Source: Mesotaenium endlicherianum | Taxonomy: Eukaryota | Length of the DNA: 26,646 nt | Assembly (NCBI GenBank): GCA_009602735.1 | Contig: WELA01001056.1 | Span: 62,001 to 88,646, forward strand | Direction: 5' to 3' | In this document: positions 10,600-22,300 of the stretch, piece after piece | How positions within the stretch are numbered: the first letter of the stretch is position 1 | How the letters are laid out: every line of letters begins with the position of its first letter | The notes under the pieces: generated by a model | Database searches by the model: none | Seen by the model: the letters and a program-made list of their open reading frames with translations, nothing else | What the model was told of the DNA's origin: nothing | Translations under genes and position numbers: made by a program

Positions 10600-11801
10600 A
10601 GTCCAGCCGTCATGAGAGCTTCTTTTTCAGCCGGGGAGAGTCTTGCTTTCACTCCTTGCTGGTTTCTTGCATCATAAGTGTCATTGGAGGGTCTTCCACT
10701 CTTCCGGGCAGCCGCGGGGTCCCTTTTAATAACTCCGATTTCCATGGGTGTGGGTCCAGATTCGGATGTGGAAGGGGCTGCGTACACCCGCGTCGTCGGT
10801 ACCCGTGAAGATGAAGGCACGGAGTGCTTGAAATCCAAGGTATCCACCTTTTGGGCCACTTCAATGATCTTTGAGAAGTCCGTCAAGTCGCGTAATTCCA
10901 CTTCCTTTGCCACCTTGGGTTTGAGGCCAAAGATGTAGCGGTCAATCTTCTCCTCGAGAGACATGTTGGGGATCTCAAGAGTGAGGGCGTGAAATCTGGA
11001 TGTATACTCTTGAACGGACGTCGTTTGCTTGAGATGGTGGAGCTTTCCTCGGGCAATCTTCTCCGCATTGATGGGCATGAATTGCTTCTTGAGGGCCTCA
11101 CGAAAATCTGCCCATCTTGCATATGATGGTGGGGGCTCTTGGCCGAGCATGGGGTGCGCCATAGCTTGATATATAGCCGCTTGATAGTTACGCCACCATG
11201 ATGTTGCTGCTCCTCTAAGTAAGGTAACGGCAAAGGGAACGTAGTCCTCCTCGGGTACTTCAAGGAATGCGAGGTACGTCTCCACTTGGTAGAGCCATAA
11301 ATTCAGGTTGGCACCTTTCCCGGGGTTGAAAGTGTCGGGTTTGCCGGGCTTGATGAGTTTCCTTGCTCTCGTTGGCTCTTGTGGAGGCGCTTGAGCCGGG
11401 GCTGGATTTTGAGCATTGCTCGCAATAGGGGCAACCATGGCAGCCATAGCTTCTCTTGACGCTTGCACGGTTGCTTCATAGGTGGCCAAGCCCACTTGGT
11501 TGTGGACGGTCATTAGGAAGGCTGCCCACTCATTTGCGGGAACTCCTTGTGGTGGGGTCAACTTTGCTATAGCGGCTGCCACGGGATTTGACGGTGCTCC
11601 TCCTTGTGGTGCTTCTTGTTGTTGGAGATTTCCTTGAGTAGGCTCTCCCATCGACGCTGGAGGAGGGTGTGCTCCTCCTTGTGGTGCTTCTTGTTGTTGC
11701 AGATTTTCTTGAGTGGGCTCTCCCATCGGCGCTGGAGGAGGGTGTCTTGGAGAGGAAGGGCTTCCTTCGAAAGCTTGCTGTTGGTCTTGAGGATCGGCCA
11801 T
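10521..11801 (-). CDS. gag: Gag (426 aa) with capsid-like domain and CCHC zinc knuckle
   Basis: Intact ORF starting 20 nt after the [40 protein letters not shown] motifs and [14 protein letters not shown] (CX2CX4HX4C). Confidence 0.95.
   Translation of the reverse strand: MADPQDQQQAFEGSPSSPRHPPPAPMGEPTQENLQQQEAPQGGAHPPPASMGEPTQGNLQQQEAPQGGAPSNPVAAAIAKLTPPQGVPANEWAAFLMTVHNQVGLATYEATVQASREAMAAMVAPIASNAQNPAPAQAPPQEPTRARKLIKPGKPDTFNPGKGANLNLWLYQVETYLAFLEVPEEDYVPFAVTLLRGAATSWWRNYQAAIYQAMAHPMLGQEPPPSYARWADFREALKKQFMPINAEKIARGKLHHLKQTTSVQEYTSRFHALTLEIPNMSLEEKIDRYIFGLKPKVAKEVELRDLTDFSKIIEVAQKVDTLDFKHSVPSSSRVPTTRVYAAPSTSESGPTPMEIGVIKRDPAAARKSGRPSNDTYDARNQQGVKARLSPAEKEALMTAGLCFYCKEKGHRALSCPKKLSKNGQRR
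11594..11745 (-). repeat. 75-bp in-frame tandem duplication in the gag N-terminus
   Basis: Copies start at 11594 and 11669 with 4 substitutions; each encodes HPPPA(P/S)MGEPTQ(E/G)[12 protein letters not shown]. Confidence 0.95.
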
Positions 11802-11821
11802 CTTCTTGTGCTACCAAAGTG

Positions 11822-11837
11822 CCTAGCTCCGATACCA
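11822..11837 (-). other. Primer binding site, initiator tRNA-Met type
   Basis: TGGTATCGGAGCTAGG one nt after the 5' LTR; the canonical plant iMet PBS is TGGTATCAGAGC(CAGG). Confidence 0.88.
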
Positions 11838-11838
11838 C

Positions 11839-12341
11839 TGTAGTGAAACAGATAGATAAAGTACTTAGTAAAACAGAATACTTTATCTATTCAAGACAAG
11901 GATCTTTGAACACAAGTGGTAGCTTCTTGAAAGAGAGATGGCTTCTTGAAAGTTAATATATTTCTGGATTTTGGCAAGTACAAGAGTGATTCTGGAATGT
12001 CTTTCTATGTTCTAGCTCTTGTTTATATACTTGCTACATAAGTAATTTCTAGGAAGGTGTATGTTGATGTGTTGGCACCCAACACATCCCAAAACTTGCC
12101 ACCTCTTTCTAGAATAATGTGCACATGCCCTTTTGACCTAAAAATGGCACATCTGACTTTTGCCACATGGAGTTCTTCTAGGTCTTTCCTCTAACTTCGA
12201 AAATGCCTTGGAAGGTTCAAAGGACATGAACCAAGTTACTAGAGTACCTATTCACACTTGACTCCACACAATACCACTCCAAGTGTATTTGAAAACATTA
12301 AAATATATGCATACTAATATATAATAACTCAAATCACTACA
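11839..12341 (-). repeat. 5' LTR (503 bp)
   Basis: Direct repeat of 5666-6165, adjacent to the PBS; followed on the + strand by the TSD ACACC. Confidence 0.97.
12022..12029 (-). promoter_or_regulatory. Putative LTR TATA box (TATATAAA)
   Basis: TATATAAA on the element's sense strand, about 180 nt before the LTR end, present in both LTRs. Confidence 0.55.
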
Positions 12342-12751
12342 ACACCAAATACACCAGCTTGGAGTACTTGTTAGCGAAGCACGTTGTCCAAAATAATCAA
12401 GGGTTTGAAGTGTTGCATGCTGTTTGAGAGGTTTGAACAAAGCTGCCGAGCTAGCGAGAGGCTTGAAGATGTTGCTGTACATTTTGCTATGTCCTTTTAA
12501 GCTTTAAATTTCGTAGTTTTGCAGGCTTTATTAACCAATACATGAAGAAAGGGATAATTCGCTCGTGCTTATAGCTAGCTACACACACGATTTGCGTATT
12601 TACGGAAAAAGACTGAAAATAAAGGACATGAGTACCAGTAATTGAGTTTCAGACTGCCTGTGCACAGGAAATCCAAGGTCTACATTGACTACATAAATTT
12701 TTTGTATCTATCACAGAAATGTTTAACTGTAAGTAGATTATGTATATATAT

Positions 12752-12824
12752 GGTCGTGTGGCCCAATGGATAAGGCGCTGGTCTACGAAACCAGAGATTC
12801 TGGGTTCGATCCCCAGCATGATCG
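12752..12824 (+). tRNA. tRNA-Arg(ACG), nuclear plant type, intronless
   Basis: Acceptor stem GGTCGTG/CATGATC, D-arm with TGGATAAGG, anticodon arm CTGGT-CTACGAA-ACCAG, T-arm CTGGG-TTCGATC-CCCAG. AT-rich upstream flank and a T4 run about 20 nt downstream. Confidence 0.96.
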
Positions 12825-12898
12825 TACGTAGTCTTCGAAGCATCTTTTATTGTCGCCAATCTGCGAGCGTGGGTTAGGGGGTACTAATAATATTGAAA

Positions 12899-12908
12899 TG
12901 GCGGGAAT
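12899..12908 (-). promoter_or_regulatory. Putative E2F-binding site upstream of the primase gene
   Basis: Minus strand ATTCCCGCCA matches the plant E2F consensus WTTSSCSS, about 440 bp upstream of a DNA replication gene ATG. The motif is short, so a chance match is possible. Confidence 0.5.
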
Positions 12909-13345
12909 TCGAAGCACATTGCTGGACCGCCTTTTAAAATCATGGCGTGTATTTGTCCGCTTTGTCGTAACGAAGGACATTCTATGTGAAGAAAGAGTGC
13001 CATAGGATGCGACAGAACTCTCTTGCACATTCGAACTCTTGCACGTCTTTGGCTCGTAGTTGGGTTTCTCGGCTTTGTAGTGCTCCTTAGATTCTTGGCG
13101 CTAGATAGTTGTTTTCTCCACACATTCATTGGTAGTCAAGGTCGTTCATATGTGCCTGGTAACCTGCGACCCGGGTATGGCATCCCGATTGCCGAGAGAG
13201 AGGGGAAGGCTGTATTAGGAGTGTTCGGAGGCTGATATCAGGAGTATCCGCCTATTAAGATTTTTTGCCTTCTTTGCTGCATATCTTGGCCATCAAAAGA
13301 AGCCACCAACATTCTACTGAGTCCCATTGATTCTGCAAGTAAAGG

Positions 13346-16300
13346 ATGGATTTCAATATCACGTCGACCAGCAGACGGCAGTTTTTAACTCCTAGTCATG
13401 GCGTTGGAGGGCACCCATCGGCTCGGCTCACAATGTACCTGTCTCCTCCTCCTGGAGAAGTAGCTCTGGAGGAGTTTGAACAATATGCCCTCGACAGGCT
13501 GCGGGGTGAGCTCAAAGTGCTTTCCGACCAAATGCAGGAATAAGGGGACTTGGGTAGTTTGGAAATGAAGTCTCTGAAAGAGACAGTGAGCTGCAGTGCA
13601 GCTTGTAAAACTGAACGCAAGCTATATGCTCAGTCTAAACAGTGCCCCGATTGCCACATAACTTTGCGTAATTTGATAGAGCACAATGCATGTGCTGGAG
13701 CAAATGCGTTTGCCTAGAGCCTCTTGACCTCCATCTCTTTTCGACTTAGGCTGTTGGCAAATGATGACAGGACCGTAGCCAGGACAGAGGGCACAGAAGC
13801 AAAGTGCTCATTTTATGTTGGGTTGACTGTGCAGTGCTCAAGGCCATAGAGGAAGCTAAGGCCAGAGGGAAGAAACACGAGGAATTTGACATACTTGTAT
13901 GCGTTCACCTTTCATATCCATGTCCTCAGCTATAACTCTTTGAAGCCAGCAACATGGGCCGCACAGGGTTGTAACATTCCCAGTGTTAGCTACCACAGTC
14001 ATGCTGCCTTTTACACAAACAGCTCCATGCTTCTTGGTCCGCCATTTATTAATAACCTTGCTTAACATCCTGGGGGACGAGGTTGCGGGAAGGGGGGGGT
14101 GTTTACAATTGAGGAAGAAAGTGAGCTCTTTAAGGTCTATCCGTGTCTTTACTAGTCTCTTTTCAAATACTCAACAGGCACGTAAAAGTTTGATGAACGC
14201 TATAGCTTAAGGAGTAGAAAAGCTGGCAGAGTCAATATTCCTGCAGGTGATTTGCAGGACAATTGCCAGACTCTGTTTACAATGTGTTGAGAGCAACTCT
14301 GTCTCTTTACCTCAAACAAGTCCACATGATTGGCTGTCTATGGCAGGTATAGGCATACTTGTTAAAATTATCAACATTCAATCATCCTCAGGAGGTCCAT
14401 AATGTGTCGTAAGAATTATTCGTGATGCTTTTCAAGAAAGTTGGCTAAGTAGTGAGTTGCTTACGGTCTCGTCTCTTCTTCCGCGATCAGATAAGCGAGC
14501 TGTGGCGAAAGCACATGCGGACGGCCTCTGCTGCTGACACTTGGCGGAAAGATGTCATCTCCCACTTTGTCCTGCGGCTAGCCTACTGCCGCACGTGAGG
14601 CATCTCCTGTTCGAGCAACCTTTACTTTACTACTACACTTTGACATCACAATTTTCTGCTCTTCTTTCTTCTCACTTGCAGCACCGGGTGTTACTGATGC
14701 ATGAGATGAAAAACTGGAGGTAAGTCAAAGTGTCATAAGAAGGGAGTCAGAAGGTCGGGGTTCTGCTCTCAACGTGGGAACATATGTAGTGACACCTGTC
14801 TGCTGATCAGCTCATTGGATGATGCAATCCGCCCACATTTGACGCTTGACCTGATCTTCAAGGGAAGGTAGCACCTTAGACTAGAGTCTGCCTGCAAGTT
14901 AACGCTCTCTAACAAACAACTAGTTGTAAGCCATGAAGAGTCTCCTTTCTTGAAATCCTTTGAAGCTGCACCTCTCGTTCTGCATCTCTGAATATTCTCG
15001 TGATTCACTTTCTCACAAGAACCTTCCTTCGAAGTCAGCCCGCTACTCAAACCTGCCCCAAGGTCACACACGCGGAAGCTGCCATGAGCTGACAACAAAG
15101 CTTATGCAGACCTCAAAAGCCTCTATCTTTTGCTATGGTATCAAAGCTTGTATTTGTGTACTCCAAGCGATTGGTCTTGTTATGAACTCGGAAAGGTGAA
15201 GCCTCGGAAAGGTTAAGGAGGGGCTCAAGGTGGGACGTTCACTTCTGCCTGTAGAGTACTTGCCAAGTCAGGACTCCTATATATGCAATTACTTGATGCG
15301 AACGAGAGGACTTGTGATCTTGTAGTCACAAAGACGCTAAGAAGCGTCACAAGAAGCTATGCACGAGGTGTCTACCCGTTAGTGACAATCGCCAGCTGGC
15401 GTGTGCTTCTCTGCTGCATCCAGGGAGGAGCTGAGGAAGTGGTTCCTCGTGCAGGAGACCACGCTCTTCAGGCACCGCTTTCGGATGGAGGGAGCCGACG
15501 ACCAGGTCAGTTGCGCGTTTCCACTCCATCCATGGCTGCTGGAGGAGCCTCGCCAGAAGGGCCCTCGTCGACGAGCTCACATGTCATGCAGCCTTGTCTC
15601 AAACACCACCATCAGCAGATGAACAGAGAAGTTATTTGATGACATTTGATTATGACGGCGTGAAAGTGGTCGCTGGAGGCGTCCGCTGAGGATTTTGGAC
15701 ACATGTCAATCAATCGATGGTCTATCTGTTTCTCTAGCGATGACGTGGGGACTGTCTGAGGAAGAACCACAATCGAAGCTGCCCCCCCGCTGCTTGCAAG
15801 ACTTGTGACGTTGCTGTACGGCCATGGTGTCGGCCATACTCTCAAATTCTCCATAATTTTCCCCGACTTGTGAAGACTGTTCTTATAAGACCGCGTCGGG
15901 GACCCCACAATCGTTAGGGAGGACACAAATACAGCCCTGGATTGGCGACACGCGTTATGCTTTATGCATGCTCTTTCAAAAAACACTCACACAACTGCAT
16001 TTTCTGATTTCACCTTGTGGCCCATCGAGCTAGCATCTGCTTCGACAGAATAGGAGACTTGATCTCGCTGTGCTATAGATGTTTCAATGCTTGTCTGGCC
16101 ATGTCTGGTGCTGCACCGGCCAGCACTGTCGGCTGAGTACTTCTGAGTACTTCTCACCCCTCCCCTCGGTCGCAGAGGAGGTTTCTGGAGGAGCATCACC
16201 TGCCCTACAAAGTTATGGGCTCCGTCGAATATGAGGTCTGGTCTTTTTTCTCTCGCTTCTCTTCCCCTCTCGAGCGGCCCTCTCTGCTGCGCCCTTTCTC

Positions 16301-19300
16301 TTTCTCTCTCTGAATTTGATCTCCCCGTCAGTGGCTCGTAGGAACCGTGCGGCTTGTGTCCGGGTGTTTTGCCCTTGCAGACTACAGTGATGCAAATGTG
16401 AAGGATGCGAATGTGAAGCAAGGGTTGTCATGGGTAGTTCTTTGCTCAGTGCATGACTCAGCGTGACTCAGCATGCTTGAGGGTAGAGTGCTCCCATGCA
16501 GAGCAATTACGGTGGATAGGTGGCACATGACAGGTCAGCATCGATGTGTCAGCAAACATGTATTAAAAGTTCAGAGTGCTCCACTCGGTGCCACATGGTT
16601 GACGGGTGACAAGTCAGCAAAGGTGTGTCCAGGCCGGAGTCTTCCATTGGGTACCACATGTTTGACACATGACAGGTTGAACTTGGGTGGAGTAGAGAGC
16701 AATCCGAGAGCGAGGGAAGGTTTAGGGTTTGTGTTTGTACTTTCCGACAAGTCGCAGTTCCTCCAGCGATGTGACAACACGCCGTGAGGCAAGGGCATCG
16801 CTCATCTGATGCCACGTGGCGCGGATGCAGGCTGTGAAGGAGAAGCTCAGCCAGGTGGCGCGCACCGTCAACCCCGCTGCTGCTGGAGGTACTCACTCCC
16901 CCGCCCTCTCTCATCCGATCCAAACCCTTCCAGCGCCTCCGATTCCAGGGGCCTGCCATGTCATCACACGCCCTTTTTCTCTTTTCCTGTCTGCGCTGCC
17001 TCTCTCACTGCCTATGTGCATGGCCCTGGTTCCAACCGGCCCTACGGAGGCTGAAAGATTTGTCGGAGCTCATAAGGGTGTATCTTGAGCGAGTGTAGTC
17101 TGAGCTCCCGTGTTAGCTCAGTCCCGCATACCTGCGTCCCTGTGGCGCCCATCTCCTTTTTTTTCTCTCCCCCCCCCCTCCCCTTCCTCGGGGACGATGC
17201 ACAAAGAAGTGGTCAGTCGAACGAGCCTCTCTGAAAATGGTGCTGCTGGAAGCAGGTAGCGCAGGCGTGGAGGGTTTGGGGCTCAGATGTAGGGGTAAGC
17301 TTTCGGGTCTACTGTGAGGCGCTGCAGGCTTGTTCCTTTTGAGCGCGCCTGTTGAGAGAAAGACCGCCATACAAGCAGCTAAGAGAGGATGATGGCTCGT
17401 ACGATGAGGCTTGCGAACAAAAAGTCGCATTGCACTCAAAACCGGGATGAGCATTTGGAGCCCCCCGGGTGTTTGTGATTGAATATTCTGTAGTTCCCCA
17501 AATCAGAACTGCATGCTACGTTCCCATGGGCTGACACGTGTCAGCAAGGCGTGGCTGGAGCCGACTCTAGAGCCGAACGATGTTAAAATTGTGGTTGTCT
17601 TCTGATCCGCTAATGTGGCTGCTGTCGGGGTGTGCCTGCCATCATGGCGGGGGACGACCCGCCACTGATGATGCCAACTCAGCGGACGGCATATACTACA
17701 AGGTGCGGCCTCTGCCCCTCTCGGCCAATCAGGATTCAGAACTTAGGCGCTCTCTCAAGTCGTAGCTCCCTGGCATGGCCCCCCCTCATGTAGAGCACAT
17801 CCTATCTTCTTCTTTCTGTCAGAGTTTTGAAGCTACATCTTGCAGGGCCAGTGATTACAAAGTGTCGGGCGGAGTCGTGCAATGCGAGCCATGTGGCCTG
17901 CAGCGGACTCGCCACGTGGCGGGCACGTGAGCCGGCATATGCAGGTCTTGCAGAGACATAGAGTCATATGGCCGAAACAGGGGGGAGTCCTTGCCTCCCA
18001 AGACAACCGCCAACCCTAGACACCCCCCCCTATACCTGGTATACCTGCGTACGCCTCAAGAACCCATCAAGTCCTGGAAGTTTCTTAAGCCCCGTGCACT
18101 CCCGAAACCCGAAACTTGACACCCGACCCCTGGGCCCTTTGGTTCTAAACCTGACCTTACGCTTGTTCTCTCTTCTCTGGCATGCTGCCTCCCGGGACAC
18201 GAGAGGGCGCCAGGTGCCCTTTGAGGAGGTGCCCGAGCTGGTGGGCTTCCGGCGGGTGTACCTCCGCAAGGGCTTCGCCTACGTCCCCCAGGACCAGGTA
18301 GACAGCTCCGCCACCTCAGCCTCGCGTGCCTTGCCAGCTCAGACCCGCGTGCTTGGGCGCTCAGTCTGAGCCTCCCTCGCTTGCTTTGCCAGCTCAGCCA
18401 TGCGTGCAGTGCAGCTCAGCCTTGCACGCTCTGCCAGCTCAGCCTTGCCTGTGCTCTGCCGCTGAGCCAGCCCCGTGCCCTCTGCCAGTGCCCCTCAGCC
18501 CCATCTTGTACTTTAGCATGCCCCGACAGGCTCGAGCATGCGTCACTCCTCTGGAGGCAGTGTGCGAGATTTGCATACCATCGGCCCCGCCCCCCCTCTT
18601 ATCGGCTCGCTGTCACGACTCACAGAAGCGGAAAATGTGAGTCACGCGCGACGCTGGACTCGCGATGTGAGCACGTCCTGTTCGCGCGATCTGTCCTGTA
18701 TATTGTGCGTCAACAGACCAGTGATGCAATGTACGAGCACAACTCAGGGAGGCGACACCTGTGCCGCTGCTACTGCTGCTGCTGCTGCTGCTGCTGCAAG
18801 GGGCGCAAGCGCACCCTGAGCAGCAGTCAAGCACAATGTCAGTCCCTGACAAGCGCCATGCTCCCTTCTTCTTTTCTTCTTTTTCTTCTCCTCCTTCTTG
18901 GCATCTGCTCTCTGGGCTGCCGGGGGGGGACAGCTGGCAGCCATCGTGGTGGGCCAGTTCCGATCGCGCCTATCAAAGGCCCTCGTGCTCACCAGCAGGT
19001 ATGGCTGCTGCCTCTCTCAGCTCCAGTCCCAGCCTGCCATGTGGCACTTCCAGGCTCAAGCAACTTCTCTGCTGTCAATGGCTGCATGGCAGCTCGTGCA
19101 GCGCTGAGGCTTTGTTTGAAGGAGCCACGCTGCGACACCTGTCCATGCCCGCAAGCGCCAATCATTAGCCGCCATGTTCGTGTGCCATTTGTTAGCTGCC
19201 TGTCAAGTGGCAGAGAGGGGCGACGTAAGAGGACCAGCTACGTGTTTGGTCTGAGACGTGCTTGTCGACCCGTCATAAGGACTGTGTTCCTCTTTCTCTC

Positions 19301-22300
19301 CATTCCTTTCTTTCTCTTTCCCGTGCGCGTGTGACCCCCTCAGCGGTGACAAGACGTGGTGAGCTTGACCCTCGATGCATGACTTCCCCCCCAAACACAA
19401 CCAAGAGCCATCTCCTGCGATTAGCTCCAAGTTCTAATGAGAAACTGCGACGAGGGCTTCTAATTCCGCCGAAGACGGCGACGACGTGTGGAGTGGAATC
19501 AAACCCAGCTGCCCCCGCGGATGGAAGGGGGACTCTCGAAAGAGAAGACGTGCGCATGCCTTCCTGAAAGGGTTGGGGTTGGGGTCAGAGGTGCCATCAC
19601 AGTGCGTGCAAGTATGAGAGCAAGCCATGAATTGGCGGAGGCATCTGGCTCTAACTCCCAGTCTGGCTGGAGCCCCTCATGTGGCTCATGTGGGGAAGTC
19701 CGGTCTGTGTGCGTCTTTCACCGCGCCCTGCTGGGAGAGGATGGAGTCCTTGGGCTGACAGATGGCGGGGAGGGGCCGCGGGTTGTGCTGCTGGGCAGGA
19801 AATGGGTGGCCACAATTGCCGACGACGAGAAGGACCGGCTGACACCTGTATGCATGCCGGAAAACACGGGTCTCTTTGAGGGGTGCCCATGAGGGAGCTG
19901 TGATGGCGTAGGACTTACTCCCTTTTTATTATATTTATTCTGGGGCGAGGTGGGAGAGGGGAGAGGAGGGGAAGGGNNNNNNNNNNNNNNNNNNNNNNNN
20001 NNNNNNNNNNNNGGGGGGGGAAAGGGGGGGGGGAGTGTGAGACATGCTTGGCAGCCATCTGTGACGTTGTCTTCTCTCTCCTCCCCTCTCTCCGCCCCTC
20101 TCTCCCTCTCTTGCTCTCCGAAGTGCGTGAGGGTATGGTTTTATCCTGCTGGCAGCGTCTCTTCAAAGTGGGCGTCACTTGGTTGTGTGTCGTCAATGCT
20201 TAATTCTCCTGATGCCGCCTCAGCTCGACCCGCTTATGATGTGTTTTCGGAATTGACTTGCAACCAGCCGAACATGTTTTCCTTCACCCCCCTTTCACGC
20301 GCGGGGCTAGAATCGGCTCTGCTTACCCCCCCGTTGCTCTTGCTTTGCAGCGCCATCTGGCCTCGGCTGCGCGCACCACGTGACAGGCCAGCTGTCTACT
20401 TAGTCCTTCAGGAGCCCTTTGGAAGTCTTTCGGAGCAACACTGACATGCGGCGCGCATGCCTGCCTGCCTGCTTGCCTGCTTGCCTGCCTGCTTGCCTGC
20501 TTGCCTGCTTGCCTGCCTGCCTTCTTACCTGCTTGTATGCCGGCCTGCTTGTTGTTCTGCGGCGCCTGTGCTTGCCCGGGCGGCAGATCGTGGAGGTGCT
20601 GAGCACCAAGTACCTGGGAGCAGACTACTCTCAGGTACGTTGCCACCTGGCACTCTCTTGTTGACGGAGACCGAGGCGGAGACCGAGGCGGAGGCGGAGA
20701 TATAGGCGGAGACGGAGGGGAGGAGGAGGGGGCATGAGGCGGGGGGGTAAACGGAGGGGTGGGACTAATGTGGCTTCAAGGTAATGGAGAGATGTGTGAG
20801 TGTGCGTGTGCGCGCGTGTGTATGTGTGTATGTGTGCTCTTCTGTGTGGGTATTGAGCGTGTGGGTGCGTGCGTGCAAGCATGTAAATCTGTGTGTGTAT
20901 ACATAAGCGCGAGTGCCACATGTGAAGCCGTCTCCCAGCCCTGTTGGGTACAGTAGCTTGTGCCGCATGTGCGGAATCAAGGGGGCGAGTGCGGTTGTGG
21001 GAGAAAGAAGTGGTGTGGAGCACTTGGCTCACTGTGGGCTGAGACTTGGAGCGCGCAAGTCTGTCCCCAACTCCAGGGTAGTTAGGTGAAAGGACACGCA
21101 GGACGTGCGCATGGGGCACCTGTGGGCAACTGTTGGGGGGCATGTGTTCAGGGGGGGGTGGCAACTGACTGGTGGCACCAGCATGAGTATATAAGCAGCT
21201 TGAGTAATTTCGCACGTGTTCGGGGTTCAGATGTAGCATCTATAATTTTTAGGGTTCTGAGTGTGGAGTCCTGGAGACTGCGGGTGCGCATTATCTCAGC
21301 AGCTGTTGCTGTGTGTTGATGCGGGGACGGGGTCGGGGACGGGGACGGGGACTGGGACAGCATCAAGCCAAAGGCGAGGTGTCGCTGCAAGACCTGGACA
21401 CTCTGGCCCACCAGTCGTTCCCTCTCTGCATGCGCCACATGTACATAAAGGTGCGTCAATTGCGCCCGCTTCACTTGCAGAAGCACTTTGCCTGACATAC
21501 TCTGCACCTGCTTTTATGCATGCATGTGTGTGTCTGGCCATCCACATGGGCGTGTGTGTGGGCATTTATTTGGAAGGAGGCAGATCTGCAAATCTGCGTG
21601 TGTACATGTGAAGGTAAATTTGCATGTTTTTAATGATTTGTATGTGTGTGTGTGTGTGCGCACGCGCGCGTGCGCACGAAGTTCAATTACTACGTACATC
21701 ATGTTTGTGTATGCATGCGTGCATGTGTGCGTGGGTGCGTGCATGGGAGTGGGTGCCTCAGTGCGCATGGGTGTGTGGATGCATGTGTTTGTGTGTGTGC
21801 GTGCGTGTGTACATGTGTATCGTGTACGTAGTGTGCGCGTGTATGGGAGTGTGAATGTGAGCGTGCGTGTGCGTGTGCGTGTGCGTGTGTCGGCGTATTT
21901 TGTGCATTATTGTGCGTGTGTGCGTCTGTTTGAGCCCGCGCGTGAGCACGTGTGATCGCGTGGGAGTGTCTCTTTTTGCGGCGGGCAGCTGAAGGAGGAC
22001 CACCACCTGCGGTACAACGGGCGCAACCAGCTGGGCCTCTTCCTCAAGGTGGGCTGACTTGCAGCCCACAGCCCGCAGCCTAAACCCTAACCCTGACAAT
22101 CCTTAACCCTAAAATTTGAGACGGAGGTCTCTGTCCCCACTCATTGAGCCTCGAGCCCCCTAAGCTCTAACCCCATACAAGTGCAGACCCTCATGCTCAC
22201 TCCCTTCTCTAGAGCACTAGCTACACCTCGAAACCAGGAAACCCCGAACCTCCTGCCGTTGGCCCTACTGGAAGCTCACGTTTGCAAAACTGAGGGGCCA

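Larger units (their letters stand above)
5666..12341 (-). mobile_element. Full-length Ty3/Gypsy chromovirus LTR retrotransposon (6676 bp)
   Basis: Two ~500-bp direct repeats with TGTAGTGA...TCACTACA termini; 5-bp TSD ACACC at 5661-5665 and 12342-12346; PBS and PPT; domain order gag-PR-RT-RH-IN-chromodomain on the minus strand. Confidence 0.98.

Noticed and set aside
15187..15218. 16-bp tandem duplication CTCGGAAAGGT(G/T)AAG
   Set aside because: Two copies in an intron; ordinary slippage.
16520..16680. Degenerate CACATG-containing repeats in a primase intron, resembling the retroelement ACACATGT box
   Set aside because: Similarity is limited to 6-7 bp and there is no constant period or terminal structure.
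18310..18500. Repeated GCCAGCTCAGCC motifs and the 317-aa ORF at 18381-19334
   Set aside because: Irregular intronic minisatellite; the ORF is low-complexity and crosses a real exon in the wrong frame.
22078..22115. Telomere-like AAACCCTAA/AACCCT motifs
   Set aside because: Only two or three degenerate units; too short to call an interstitial telomere or a functional telo-box.
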